DNA of 64,000 nucleotides from Desulfobacterales bacterium (GCA_963674755.2 CAXXVS010000002.1:1760001-1824000); one strand, 5' to 3'. Counted from the stretch's first letter, positions 30,249 to 40,903 are shown. Notes: a model not told the origin generated them from the sequence alone. Program-made: numbers and translations.

Positions 30249-30317
30249 AAGTATTTATTTACCGGAAGAACCTGAAAACACTTGTCAAATTCATGCACTT
30301 GTCGTAAACAAGAAGCA

Positions 30318-31898
30318 ATGAATCTGAAAGTAAACAACCTGCCTGAAGATCCTGCCGTCCTCAAACAGATCGTTGCCGAGCTGATTGGTGAATACAAACG
30401 CTCCCAGGAAAAAATCCAGCATCTGGAAGAATACGTTCGCCTTCTGCAAAAGGAGATTTTCGGACGAAAGTCCGAAAAGCATTCCCTGCCGGATCGCAAC
30501 CAACTCCTACTGTTTGACCAATTGGTCGAGGAAGCCAGCCAAGCCGATGATGGGGTGCCGCGGGAAATCCCCGTTGCCGGCCACATCCGCAAAAAACGGG
30601 GCCGCAAGCCGCTGCCGGCCGATCTGCCCCGGGTGGAGATCATCCACGACCTGGCGGAATCCGAGAAGCGGTGTCCCTGTGGCGGCGAGCTCAAGCGCAT
30701 CGGCGAGGAGGCCAGCGAAAAACTCGATTATGTTCCGGCCATCCTTCGGGTCGAGCGCCACATCCGCTACAAGTACGCCTGTCCGGCGTGCGAAGGGGTG
30801 GAGGACGACGGTCCCACCGTAAAGATCGCTGCGGCGCCGCCGCAATTGATTGAAAAGAGCATCGCCACCGGCGGCCTGGTGGCTCACATCGTTTGTTCCA
30901 AGTTCGAAGACGCCCTGCCGCTGTACCGGCAGGAGAAAATTTTTGCCCGCCTGGGGGTTGACCTGCCGCGGTCTACGATGTGCACCTGGTTGGTCAAAGT
31001 GGCCGAAAAGCATCGGCGGCTAACAGCGCTTTTGCTCAGTGAAATCCGCGGCGGACCAGTGGTCAACGCCGACGAGACCACGGTCCAGGTTCTCCAGGAG
31101 CCGGAGCGAGCCGACACGAGCAAGTCTTACATGTGGCTGTTCCGCGGTGGCGACCCGCAGCATCCGGCGCTTGTGTTCCAGTACCATCCCACCCGGTCCG
31201 GGAAGGTGCCGCTGGCGGTGTTGTCCGGCTACCGGGGCTATGTTCAGTGTGACGGCTACAACGGCTACGATGCCTTGGGCCGGGAAAAGGATGTCACGCT
31301 TGTGGGCTGCTGGGCCCATGCGCGCCGAAAGTTCGACAAGGTCATCAAGGCCCGGGGCGGCCAGAAGAAAGAGGGAACGGCGGAAAAGGCCATTGACTTC
31401 ATCGGGAAGCTTTACCAGGTCGAGAAGAAGGTCCGTCAACTCGAGCTGGACGCCGATGGCATCCGGCAACTGCGCCGGCAGGAATCAAAACCCGTGCTCG
31501 ACGAGTTCAAAGATTGGCTGGAGGCCAAGTTGCCGCTAACCCCGCCCAAGGGGCTTCTGGGAGCCGCCATCCGCTACACGCTGAACAACTGGGAACGTCT
31601 GATCCGCTATTTGGAGGACGGTCGGCTGCGCCCGGACAACAATCTTGCCGAAAATGCCATCCGCCCGTTCGTTGTCGGCCGGAAAAACTGGCTGTTCGCT
31701 GGCCATCCCAAGGGCGCCGAGGCCGCCGCCTTCTATTACAGCCTAATTGAGACCGCCAAAGCCAATGGGCTCAGGCCCTATGATTACCTCCGGTATCTGT
31801 TCGACAAACTCCCGCTGGCGGAAACCAAAGACGATTACAGGAAACTCCTGCCGCAAAATCTGAATCAGCAAATGATCACCCCCGCACGCCCAGCATAG
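30318..31898 (+). CDS. tnpC: IS66 DDE transposase TnpC
   Basis: FGRKSEK, Zn ribbon, ADET, CDGY, CWAHARRKF, DNNLAENAIRP..GRKNWLF. Confidence 0.96.
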   Translation: MNLKVNNLPEDPAVLKQIVAELIGEYKRSQEKIQHLEEYVRLLQKEIFGRKSEKHSLPDRNQLLLFDQLVEEASQADDGVPREIPVAGHIRKKRGRKPLPADLPRVEIIHDLAESEKRCPCGGELKRIGEEASEKLDYVPAILRVERHIRYKYACPACEGVEDDGPTVKIAAAPPQLIEKSIATGGLVAHIVCSKFEDALPLYRQEKIFARLGVDLPRSTMCTWLVKVAEKHRRLTALLLSEIRGGPVVNADETTVQVLQEPERADTSKSYMWLFRGGDPQHPALVFQYHPTRSGKVPLAVLSGYRGYVQCDGYNGYDALGREKDVTLVGCWAHARRKFDKVIKARGGQKKEGTAEKAIDFIGKLYQVEKKVRQLELDADGIRQLRRQESKPVLDEFKDWLEAKLPLTPPKGLLGAAIRYTLNNWERLIRYLEDGRLRPDNNLAENAIRPFVVGRKNWLFAGHPKGAEAAAFYYSLIETAKANGLRPYDYLRYLFDKLPLAETKDDYRKLLPQNLNQQMITPARPA

Positions 31899-32711
31899 AT
31901 AGTGGGGTTCGCTGAACGCTTACGATATTACCAATGGTGGAGATATGCTTAATGTAGCTCCATTTGCGACAGGATTGGAAGGGCCATCTAGCATTTTACC
32001 ACTGGATGATGGGCGAATATTGGTAGCTGAAAACTGGGGAGGTCGAGTTACAGATATTTCAAGCGGGGGTAAAATTATTGCCAGTTCCACTTATGTATCT
32101 AACATGTCCAATCCATACAGCCTTCATCAAACCGAGAAAAACGGAAAGATACATATATATGTAAGTGAGCATTACAATGGTCGAGATAGCTGGATTTCAG
32201 ACATTAGTAACCCAAATAATATTATTAAATATGTCAATAACATACCTGCTCGCCCGGGATCTGCAGGACTGACACCTTCATCATCTTTTGGAACTTGGCA
32301 GAAACAAGCGTCTGCAGGTTGTGTAATTAATTGGCAGGGAGGCGATAGGAAATCGCATTATATTTCTGTAGGTGGACTGGGTCAAATATTGGATGTTACC
32401 AATGCTGGTGGTGATTATATTGATCTTATCAAGAATAGGCAGGCAATAGCATGGGATCTTGGTAGGCTTGGGGCTATAAAAGAGCACCCCAAAAATGGGC
32501 TCCTTTATGCTGTCGAGCCAGAGAGAGGTGACATTGTCGCAATAAACCCAAAAATGCCAAAGAATATGCGTTTTGATCCCCCTATTGTTAGAGGTTTCAA
32601 TTTCCCAACATGCCTACGATTTTCACCTAATGGCGACATCATGTATGTTTGTTCGCAAGGAGATGGTGTCGTTTGGAAGGTAAGCGACTATTAGTTTTAA
32701 ATGATTCGTTT

Positions 32712-32751
32712 CAGGCTTGACTAATTAAATTTGCTGACTAGCCAAGCCTGA
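32712..32751 (+). terminator. Putative terminator hairpin after the propeller gene
   Basis: tcaggcttg...caagcctga inverted repeat. Confidence 0.45.
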
Positions 32752-33328
32752 ACGTTTCTTACGAGTTTTTACATCGTATATCAAACCATCTTTGAAAATC
32801 CCCCCGAAAACCCCCTGATGTAAACCAACGTCAAGCATCCGCAACCTGACTTTTCGCATTTTCAGGCACTTAGTTTTATCATCCCCGTTCATGGCGGCAT
32901 TCTCTTTGACAAGCCAAGATGAGACATGTATTTTGACGACGATAACGACAGGTGGGGATCGTCAAGCGGTCTCCCAGGCGCTTTCCGGTATTCCCTGTTC
33001 AGGGGGCATAGCCGATTCCGAAGCGCCCAACGTTATCCGGCTGATTAGACACGCATCTGTATTTTGTTCGTTTCCGACAGCAGCCCATCTCCCCCGATAG
33101 CACGAACCGGCCATCATGATCGGACGGACGGTCAAACCCGGACGATGACCTTTTGGCGGCTCTTCGCGCCATGCCCGTGGAAGGTCTTTCCTGAACGACA
33201 TGGCCGCCCGCGACCAGGCGAGGCCAACACGCCGGGGAGAGGCATTCTTTTGGGGGACCGCTCCTGATTCGGCGGCCGATCCGCTGAAGCTTATTGATTC
33301 GGTCCAACAGCGAGGCGTTGAATTCCGA

Positions 33329-34999
33329 ATGACAAACGAGCGGACAAACGAAAACCAGCTCCAACCATTAGACGCCGGGGCCTCTGCCGACCAGCGCCGC
33401 CGTGAATACAAGGCGTTCTTTGATACCGCCCCGGTGGGGGGCCTGCTGGTGGATCAGCAGGGCACCATTCGGGAAGCCAACCGGGCTGCTGCCGACCTGT
33501 TGAAGGCCTCGCGCCGGGAATTGGCCGGACGCTCCCTGGCGGCGTTCATTCACCCCGATGCCCGGCGCCGCTTTCGCCGTCAAGTGCTCGCCCGTCTAAG
33601 CGGCGGGCAGCTCATCGGCGCCGACATCGAATTGCTGGCGCGCGACGGCCGGCGCTTCATGGCCCACCTTCAGTGCCAGACCGGCGGCCGGCGCGCATCC
33701 GCTGGGGATTGCATCCACCTCTCCCTGGTGGACATCTCCCGTGAGATAACGCGGGACAAGGATTTGGCTCTGCTGAACGCCTGCCTTGAGGTCGCCGCCA
33801 CGGCAACCGCCCGGCAACCCCTGCTGGATGCCTTTGTAGCCGCCCTGAAGACCTATCTCGAATGCGATGCCGTGGGGATCCGGCTGGCGGCGAAAGACGG
33901 ACGGATGGCCTACCAATCTTACCGGGGCTTCAGCCGGCGTGTCCTCGACAAGGCCTGCGCCCCGGCCTGCCAGGCGACCCCGTGCCTATGCCGGCATGTC
34001 ATGCAAGGCCCGCCATCATCTGCAAAATTGCCCTTTTCGAGTTCGGGCAGCTTTTTTTGCAATGCTTCCAGCCGGCTTGCAACAACGGTGGCCCCCGACC
34101 GTTTCGGGCCCCACTGTACGGTATGCCGTGCCTATGGGTATGAGTCGGTGGCCCTCCTGCCGATTCGCAGCGCCAAACAAATTATCGGGTTGATCCACAT
34201 GGCGGATCGGCGCGAGGATCGTTTCCCGCCGGAAGTTCAGGGCATGCTCGAAAACACGTCCCAGCGTCTCGGCATGGCCCTGGATCGCCTCCACATTCAA
34301 ACCACGCTGGATCACACCATAAGCGAACTCCATCATCTTTCATTCAAATTGATCCAGGCCCAGGAGGACGAGCAGCGGCGCATCGCCATGGAGCTCCACG
34401 ACCAGACGGGGCAGGATCTGAGCGTCCTGAAACTGCGCCTGGTGGACATTCACCACGACCTGCTGGCCCAGGCCCCGGACAAGGCCGACAAATGCCGGGA
34501 GGCGGAATCTTTCATCGACAAGATCATCGAGGATGTCCGGCGCCTGTCCCATGGGTTGAGTCCGGCCGCCCTCGACATTCTGGGCCTGGCCGCCGCTGTC
34601 GACGCCATGGTGACGGATTTTGTGCGTCATGTGAAATGGGAGGCCCGATTGGACGTCGCCACCCTGGATTATATTCCCGACCTTCCGGCCCAAATCGCCG
34701 TCTATCGCATCATCCAGGAAGCGCTGCACAACACTTACAAGCATGCCGGTGCCAGCACCGTTGCCATTCGGTCCCGCCGGCAGAAGAATCACCTGTTGAT
34801 CGACATCAACGACAACGGGTGCGGTTTCGACCGCCTGTCACGGCAGAAAAGCAACGATCGTCCCCAAGGTCTGGGCCTGGCCGCCATGCGGCTGCGGGCC
34901 CGTATGATCGGTGCACGCTTCGCGTACACCAGCCGTCCGGGCGAAGGCGCCCATATCCGGATCGAGCTGCCCCTGGACAGGAGAAAGGATACGCCCTGA
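33329..34999 (+). CDS. PAS-GAF sensor histidine kinase (HisKA_3/NarX type)
   Basis: PAS (EANRAA, FIHPD), Cys-rich GAF, QEDEQRRIAMELHDQTGQ, QEALHN, DNGCGF, GLGL. Confidence 0.9.
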   Translation: MTNERTNENQLQPLDAGASADQRRREYKAFFDTAPVGGLLVDQQGTIREANRAAADLLKASRRELAGRSLAAFIHPDARRRFRRQVLARLSGGQLIGADIELLARDGRRFMAHLQCQTGGRRASAGDCIHLSLVDISREITRDKDLALLNACLEVAATATARQPLLDAFVAALKTYLECDAVGIRLAAKDGRMAYQSYRGFSRRVLDKACAPACQATPCLCRHVMQGPPSSAKLPFSSSGSFFCNASSRLATTVAPDRFGPHCTVCRAYGYESVALLPIRSAKQIIGLIHMADRREDRFPPEVQGMLENTSQRLGMALDRLHIQTTLDHTISELHHLSFKLIQAQEDEQRRIAMELHDQTGQDLSVLKLRLVDIHHDLLAQAPDKADKCREAESFIDKIIEDVRRLSHGLSPAALDILGLAAAVDAMVTDFVRHVKWEARLDVATLDYIPDLPAQIAVYRIIQEALHNTYKHAGASTVAIRSRRQKNHLLIDINDNGCGFDRLSRQKSNDRPQGLGLAAMRLRARMIGARFAYTSRPGEGAHIRIELPLDRRKDTP

Positions 35000-35652
35000 T
35001 GATCTATCGCATCGTCCTGGCAGACGACCATGTCCTGGTGCGCGAGGGCATTAAAAGTCTGATCGAGAAAACCCCGGGACTGGCCGTGGTGGGGGAAGCC
35101 GGCGACGGCATCGCCCTGCTGCGCCTATTGGAGAAGATCCAGCCCGGGATGGTCATAATGGATATCGCCATGCCGGGTCTGCGGGGGCTCGAAGCCGCCC
35201 GTGAGATCCAGGCCCGGCACCCCCAGGTCAAGGTCCTGATCCTGAGCATGTACCGCCGCCGGGAATTCCTGAGCATGGCCCTGGCGGCCGGGGCCAAAGG
35301 GTATCTTTTGAAGGAAGATACCAGCCAGGAGCTGATCGCGGCCATCGAAGAAATCCGCAAGGGCCGCACCTACCTGTCCCGTAAGCTGGCCCTGGAATTC
35401 CCCACCGAGATCATCGGCATCTGCCGGGGCAACGAAAAAATCGAGGCCGAACCCCTCACCCGCCGGGAGCGCGAGGTCCTCAAACTGATTGCCGAGGGGC
35501 TTACCGACCGGGAGATCGGCGCAAAGCTTTTCATCAGCCTGCGCACCGCCCAGCGCCACCACGGCAATATCCGCCGGAAGCTCAACCTGAAGCGCACCGC
35601 CGACATCGTGAAGTACGCCATTGCCCGAGGCTACGTCGATTCCCAGCTATAG
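34999..35652 (+). CDS. NarL/LuxR family response regulator
   Basis: LADDH, MDIAMP, LSM, GYLLK, LTRREREVL HTH; TGATG coupling. Confidence 0.95.
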   Translation: MIYRIVLADDHVLVREGIKSLIEKTPGLAVVGEAGDGIALLRLLEKIQPGMVIMDIAMPGLRGLEAAREIQARHPQVKVLILSMYRRREFLSMALAAGAKGYLLKEDTSQELIAAIEEIRKGRTYLSRKLALEFPTEIIGICRGNEKIEAEPLTRREREVLKLIAEGLTDREIGAKLFISLRTAQRHHGNIRRKLNLKRTADIVKYAIARGYVDSQL

Positions 35653-35863
35653 AAGACATCCTTTGATTCAGTTCAGCATTCTCGCTCTTCAGAAATTTTT
35701 GCCGTAGCTCACGCCAGTGGTTTCAAAATCACCGCGGCCATGGCTTGAACCAAAAGCGACCACTTCTGGATGGATAATAGATAAGGGATGGGTAGTATTA
35801 CCCATGCCGGATCGCTTAAATGGTCACTTCTGCCGATTGTTATCCTCGCCCCTTTTTCATATG

Positions 35864-36009
35864 TAGTGCCCATCCAGAGGTGGTAGATTTTGGTTTCTGG
35901 CAAGGCCGCAGCCGACTGGCGCCCACAGGCGTAGCGGGCTACGCCGAGGACCGACAGGAGGCGAGAACGCCGCCAGGTGCCAAAAGATGCCATTTATGGG
36001 TGGGCACTA
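35864..36009. mobile_element. 146-bp MITE-like element, copy 2
   Basis: TIRs tagtgcccatcca / tgggtgggcacta; internal hairpin ggcgtagcgggctacgcc. Confidence 0.75.
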
Positions 36010-36098
36010 TGTAGGCTCGCAGGAACCGATGGCATCGTCGGCCGATCGCAAATCGACACGGCCGGTCGAAACCGCCTGGTGGGGAAGGAATGCGATCC

Positions 36099-36521
36099 AT
36101 GTCTTTTTCCGCAAGTGAGTGCCGGGTGCTGGTGGTGGAGGATGACGTTGTCATCCGCCAGGCGGTCGCCAGCCTTTTCACCCGGCTTGACTATCCGGTG
36201 GCCAGCACCGGGGAGAGTTCCGCCGCCGTCGCGCTTGCATGCCAGTGCCATTATCATCTGGTGGTATCGGATTTCGACATGCCGGTGCTCGACGGTTACC
36301 AGTTGGCATGCTGCATCAAGCAGGAGGATCCCGGCACCAAAATCGTTGTCATGAGCGGCAGCAACCAGTACCAGGTTGCGCTCTATATGGGCCGCCGTGA
36401 AGTCGACGGGTGGCTGTTCAAGCCCTTCGGCCTCCAGGCCGTCAGCAATGTCATGACCAAGCTGGGCCTGCCGAATGCTTTTGCAGCACGCCTTTCCAAA
36501 AATCGGACCGTCTTCGGGTAG
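36099..36521 (+). CDS. Single-domain response regulator
   Basis: LVVEDD, SDFDMP.LDG, MSG, FKPF. Confidence 0.85.
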   Translation: MSFSASECRVLVVEDDVVIRQAVASLFTRLDYPVASTGESSAAVALACQCHYHLVVSDFDMPVLDGYQLACCIKQEDPGTKIVVMSGSNQYQVALYMGRREVDGWLFKPFGLQAVSNVMTKLGLPNAFAARLSKNRTVFG

Positions 36522-36672
36522 GTGCCACAGGCACCCCTTGGAGATGCAATCCCGTGACCCAATAGGGCCACATTGTCACCCTTGCCAAAAGCACCCAAGG
36601 CCTTTCCCGACAACGGCAGCGCGATGTTGACGGATTGTCGGGACATGAGCACGCAAGACGAAGGAGATCTCC

Positions 36673-36981
36673 ATGAGCATCAAAAAGCAGTATCTCAAGA
36701 CCAAACCGATCTGCAAGGTAACGTTCAAAATTGACGCGGCGATCGGCAATTCCGCTCCCAAGGCTTACGTCGTTGGAGAATTCAACGACTGGTCCACCAC
36801 GGCCAATCCCATGAAACGCCTGAAAAACGGGGGGTTCACCGCCACGATCGATCTCGAAAAGGGACGCGCGTACCAGTTCCGCTATTTGCTGGGCAAACAG
36901 CACTGGGAAAACGACAGCGAAGCCGACCGCCAGGCCCCTACACCCTTCGGGGACAGCCGCAATTCGGTCATCGACCTCTGA
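36673..36981 (+). CDS. Isoamylase early-set (CBM48) domain protein
   Basis: MSIKKQYLKTKPICKVTF, VGEFNDW, YQFRYL, WEND; AAGGAG RBS. Confidence 0.9.
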   Translation: MSIKKQYLKTKPICKVTFKIDAAIGNSAPKAYVVGEFNDWSTTANPMKRLKNGGFTATIDLEKGRAYQFRYLLGKQHWENDSEADRQAPTPFGDSRNSVIDL

Positions 36982-37000
36982 TGGGAAAGGAGCCCGTTCT

Positions 37001-38536
37001 ATGGCTGAGGCCCGAAATCCCCGCATCCTCGTGGTGACGCCGGAGATCTCCGCGCTGCCCGACCCGTCTATTGCGGAAGCCCGGATCCTGGCAGCCCGGG
37101 CCAGCGGTCTGGGAGATGTCTGCGCCGGCCTTATCCTTCAACTGCAGGCCGCCGGGGCGGACGTCCACGTGGCCATGCCCAACTATCGCAACATTTTCCG
37201 CCGCAAGGTCATCCATTTGCCGGAAGGCGACGCGCGAGCGCGCGAGGCCGGCAACATTCATTTGGTCCAGGACCGCGCCTTCTACTATCCCCGTCAGCTG
37301 CTGATGGACACCAGTTGGGACAGCATCAAGATTGCCCTGGCGTTCCAGCGGGAAGTCATGCACCAGGTCATTCCGGAAGTGCGGCCGGACCTGATCCACT
37401 GCCACGACTGGATGACGGGGCTCCTGCCCCCCCTGGCCCGTTCCCTGGGCATTCCCTGTCTTTTCACCCTCTACAATCTCAACACCGTTCAGTTGTCCCT
37501 GGCCACGATCGAAGAGCGCGGCATCGATGCCGCCGCTTTCTGGCAGCACGGCTACTATGCGGCCATGCCCGGCAGCTACGAGCAGACCCGGGAACATAAT
37601 CCGGCTGACCTGCTGGTCAGCGCCGTTTTCGCCGCCGGGTTCGTCAATACGGTCAGCCCCTCGTTTCTGCGCCAGATCATGGATGACCGCTGTCATTTCA
37701 TCGCCCCGGGGCTAAGGACCGAATTGAGCAACAAGTACCAGTCCGGCTGTCTGGCGGCCATTGCCCAGGCCCCGGCCCCCCATTTCAATCCGGCCAGCGA
37801 CACGGCCCTCTGCCGCTGCTACAACGCCGAAGACCACCCTTCCGGCAAAGCCTTCAACAAGCTGCGTCTGCAGGAGATCTTCAATCTTCGCATGGACTCC
37901 CGGGCGCCTTTGTTTTTCTGGCCCACCCGTCTGGGCGGCGGACGACGCGGCTGCTGGATGATGGCCGAACTGCTCCCCGGGTTACTGGAGCGCTACGCTT
38001 CCCAGGGGCTGCAGCTGGTCTTCATTGCCGACGGAGATCTGCACGACCACTTCAAAACCCTGGTCCACAACATCGGCGCCGGGGACCGGGTGGCGGTGTG
38101 GCCCTTCGACCCCGGCCGGCAGCGCCTGGCGTTTGCCGCCGCCGACTTCCTGCTGATGCCCGTCCAATACGAACCCTGCGGCATGCCCTGCAAGATTGCA
38201 CAACGCTACGGCGCCCTGCCGGTGGGGCACGCCACGGGCGGGATCAGCGATTGCGTCACGCCCCTCGACACGGCGGCCGACCGCGGCAATGGATTTCTGT
38301 TCGACACCTTCGATGAGACCGGTCTGGCCGATGCCATCCAGCGTGCCATGGCGTTTTACAGCCAGTCCGACACCCTGCGCGCCTCCCAGGTCCGACGGAT
38401 CATGGCGGAGGGGCGCCATCGGGACGCCGATCAGGCCGCCACCGCCGCCTATATCGACTGCTATGAACGCCTGCTGGCCACCTCCCTCGACCACCTGCGC
38501 CAGGGGCTCCAGGCTCCTGTTTTGGAAGTCGCCTGA
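37001..38536 (+). CDS. glgA: Glycogen synthase-like GT5 glycosyltransferase (divergent motifs)
   Basis: IHCHDW, VNTVSP, YEPCG, TGGISD; the KTGGL motif reads RASGL. Confidence 0.75.
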   Translation: MAEARNPRILVVTPEISALPDPSIAEARILAARASGLGDVCAGLILQLQAAGADVHVAMPNYRNIFRRKVIHLPEGDARAREAGNIHLVQDRAFYYPRQLLMDTSWDSIKIALAFQREVMHQVIPEVRPDLIHCHDWMTGLLPPLARSLGIPCLFTLYNLNTVQLSLATIEERGIDAAAFWQHGYYAAMPGSYEQTREHNPADLLVSAVFAAGFVNTVSPSFLRQIMDDRCHFIAPGLRTELSNKYQSGCLAAIAQAPAPHFNPASDTALCRCYNAEDHPSGKAFNKLRLQEIFNLRMDSRAPLFFWPTRLGGGRRGCWMMAELLPGLLERYASQGLQLVFIADGDLHDHFKTLVHNIGAGDRVAVWPFDPGRQRLAFAAADFLLMPVQYEPCGMPCKIAQRYGALPVGHATGGISDCVTPLDTAADRGNGFLFDTFDETGLADAIQRAMAFYSQSDTLRASQVRRIMAEGRHRDADQAATAAYIDCYERLLATSLDHLRQGLQAPVLEVA

Positions 38537-38655
38537 ACCTGATGCAAATCGAGCGGATGTTTTGCAATCCCGGCGACAGCGGCCTTTGGCCGCGACGCCT
38601 CCCGATCACCGCCCTCTTCTGCGCACCGCCGTGACACATTGGCTTGCCGGTCATA

Positions 38656-40086
38656 TTACGACACAGGCGGCGCCAGGGGCATGGTCATGAAGATGGTATT
38701 GCCATCGCGGTCCACCAGCAGCAGAAGGGTATGCTGGTCCGCATGCCGGTCCAGGCTGCTGCGGAACGCCTCCACGTCGCCGGCCGGTTCCTGTTCCACC
38801 TCCACGATGATGTCGCCCGGCTGCAGCCCGGCTTCGGCCGCGGCCCCGCCGGGATCGACCTGGACGACCAGCAGCCCCTGGTTGCGCGGCAGGCCGTATT
38901 CGGCGGCCAGCGCCGGGGTGAGTGCCTGAAGCGTCAAGCCCACCCACGGGTCCATTGCCTCGGCCTGGACGCCTTCCGCCGCGCCGTTCTCCTCGACCAT
39001 TTCACGGGTCACCACCGTCAGGGGCGTTTTGCGTCCCCGACGCAGCACTTCCAGTTCCGCCTTGTGGTTGATGGGCGTGGCGCCCACGATAAGCGGCAGG
39101 TCGTGGGAATTGACCACGGGCTTGCCGTCAAAGGCAATGATGACATCCCCGCGCTGCACGCCGGCCTTGTCCGCCGGACTGCCCGCGATCACATCCGAAA
39201 CCAGCGCCCCGCTGTCCGTGCCCAATTGCAGGCGCTCATCGAGGGCCGGGGTGACATTCTGGATCAGAACCCCCAGAAAAGGGCGCCGTACCTTGCCCTG
39301 GCGCAGTTGAGGCAGCAACGCCTTCACCATGTTGATAGGAATGGCAAAGCCGATCCCCACGCTGCCGGCCGACTCGCTAAAGATGATCGAGTTGATGCCC
39401 ACCACCTCGCCACGGGTGTTGAGCAGGGGGCCGCCGCTGTTGCCCGGGTTGATGGCCGCATCGGTCTGGATGAAGTTGTCGTAGTCACCGATCCCGATCT
39501 GGCGATATTTGGCGCTCACGATGCCGGAGGTAACCGTGTTGCCCAGGCCGAAGGGGTTGCCGATGGCCACGACCCAGTCGCCTACCTCCAGAATTTCGGA
39601 ATCCCCCAGAGGCAGCGGCGTCAGCGGATCTTCCGCCTCGATCCGGATCAAGGCCGTGTCGGTCTTCGGGTCCCGCCCCACGATGGAAGCCGGGTATTCC
39701 CGGTCGTCCGCCAGCCTGACCTTCAAGTCGGTGCTGTCTTCCACCACGTGGTTGTTGGTCAGGATCAGGCCTGCGGGGTCGATCACAAACCCGCTGCCCA
39801 GGGCCCCCAGTTGGTAGTCGTAGGGCATGGGCGTGCCAAAAAAACGTTCGAAAAATTCCCGGTACGGATCGCCGGACCCGAAAGGCATCTCGTCCGGTGC
39901 GGGGGCTTTGATCACTTTGTTGGCAATAATATTCACCACGCCGGGAGAGGCTTTCTTGACGAGACCCGCAAAGGATTCCGGCTGGTTCTGGGCGCCGCGG
40001 GCGGTCCCGCAGGCCGAAACGCAAACGAAGATCAGAGCCAGCACCACCCCTTGCAGTCGTCCGGCCGAGGAACGCCATCGTGTCAT
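38656..40086 (-). CDS. degP: DegP/HtrA serine protease with two PDZ domains
   Basis: TNNHVV, DTALI, DAAINPGNSGGPL; signal peptide; GGAGG RBS. Confidence 0.93.
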   Translation of the reverse strand: MTRWRSSAGRLQGVVLALIFVCVSACGTARGAQNQPESFAGLVKKASPGVVNIIANKVIKAPAPDEMPFGSGDPYREFFERFFGTPMPYDYQLGALGSGFVIDPAGLILTNNHVVEDSTDLKVRLADDREYPASIVGRDPKTDTALIRIEAEDPLTPLPLGDSEILEVGDWVVAIGNPFGLGNTVTSGIVSAKYRQIGIGDYDNFIQTDAAINPGNSGGPLLNTRGEVVGINSIIFSESAGSVGIGFAIPINMVKALLPQLRQGKVRRPFLGVLIQNVTPALDERLQLGTDSGALVSDVIAGSPADKAGVQRGDVIIAFDGKPVVNSHDLPLIVGATPINHKAELEVLRRGRKTPLTVVTREMVEENGAAEGVQAEAMDPWVGLTLQALTPALAAEYGLPRNQGLLVVQVDPGGAAAEAGLQPGDIIVEVEQEPAGDVEAFRSSLDRHADQHTLLLLVDRDGNTIFMTMPLAPPVS

Positions 40087-40165
40087 ACGCATACCTCCTG
40101 TTGCGCACATCGTGTCCGCAACCGTTGATGAAAGGAGCGGTGCCAAACCCCGGCCTGCTGCCCGC

Positions 40166-40903
40166 CTATCTCCTGAAATCGACATCCGCATAAAAGCCGA
40201 TGTGGTCGGAAACGCCCCTATGACGGAGGGGCACCAGACCCGCCTCCCTAACCTGAAAGCGGTCGGCGCTGACCCAGATCTGGTCGATGTGGCGCGGCTC
40301 GCCGGTGATGGTCCCGACGGCTTCGGCCTCGCGGCTGCCGGGGGTATCCACCACCCGGCCGGTATCCATCATCCTGTCTTTCATCGGCGACAGGGCCTCG
40401 TCGTCCGGGGAGAGGTTGAAATCCCCCATGAGCACCAGGGGGCCGTCCATCGCGGCGGTTCGCGCGGCCAGCGCTTCGATTTGCATCGCCGGCCGGCGAA
40501 CGTCCAGGTGCACGTTCAGCACTGCGAACGTCCCGTCCGGCCCTTCGAACCGGGCCCACAGGCCGTTGCGCCCGGTACGGACATCGGGATCGAAAAAGAC
40601 GGCGAAGTTGCCCTGCCGCCGCAGACGGTAACGGAAAAGCAGGGCCAGCCCCCACTCGAAGAAGTTCAGTGAATAACTGGAGGGGTGCGGCGTGTAGAGG
40701 CAGCCCAACTTCAGCCAGGCGGCTATCTTCTCGGCGTGCCGCGCATTGCGAACCTCCTGCAGGGCCACGATGTCGGGGGTTACCGCCTGAATGGCCCGGG
40801 CCAGGGCCATATCGCGCGCTTCCGACGCCGGAATATCATAGGCCGGTTTGGTCAGCAGGCCGCCCCCGGCTCCCAGGCGAATATTGAACGTCAACAGACG
40901 CAT
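40166..40903 (-). CDS. Endonuclease/exonuclease/phosphatase family protein
   Basis: LTFNI, ALQEV, NVHL, MGDFN, IDQI, SDH. Confidence 0.9.
   Translation of the reverse strand: MRLLTFNIRLGAGGGLLTKPAYDIPASEARDMALARAIQAVTPDIVALQEVRNARHAEKIAAWLKLGCLYTPHPSSYSLNFFEWGLALLFRYRLRRQGNFAVFFDPDVRTGRNGLWARFEGPDGTFAVLNVHLDVRRPAMQIEALAARTAAMDGPLVLMGDFNLSPDDEALSPMKDRMMDTGRVVDTPGSREAEAVGTITGEPRHIDQIWVSADRFQVREAGLVPLRHRGVSDHIGFYADVDFRR

Larger units (their letters stand above)
29464..31923 (+). mobile_element. Complete IS66-family element (2460 bp)
   Basis: TIR gtaagcgttcagcgaacccc / ggggttcgctgaacgcttac; 8-bp TSD gatattac at 29456-29463 and 31924-31931; tnpA-tnpB-tnpC. Confidence 0.97.
29348..32694 (+). pseudogene. 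Beta-propeller (NHL/SMP-30-like) protein interrupted by IS66
   Basis: Removing the IS and one TSD restores a 292-aa ORF (MPKVTLHATNLLNP..DGRLLVSEYSAGRVKDIT|NGGDMLNV..DGRILVAENWGGRV); AGGAGG RBS. Confidence 0.88.
19006..32891. mobile_element. Decayed Mu-like (transposable) prophage remnant with defence-type cargo
   Basis: Divergent repressor/Ner pair plus early phage-like genes, AT-rich cargo, candidate ...CA termini; no transposase or structural genes remain; boundaries approximate. Confidence 0.6.

Noticed and set aside
32927..33060. Small ORF MYFDDDNDRW... upstream of the kinase
   Set aside because: Weak RBS, overlaps a probable promoter and has no recognisable features
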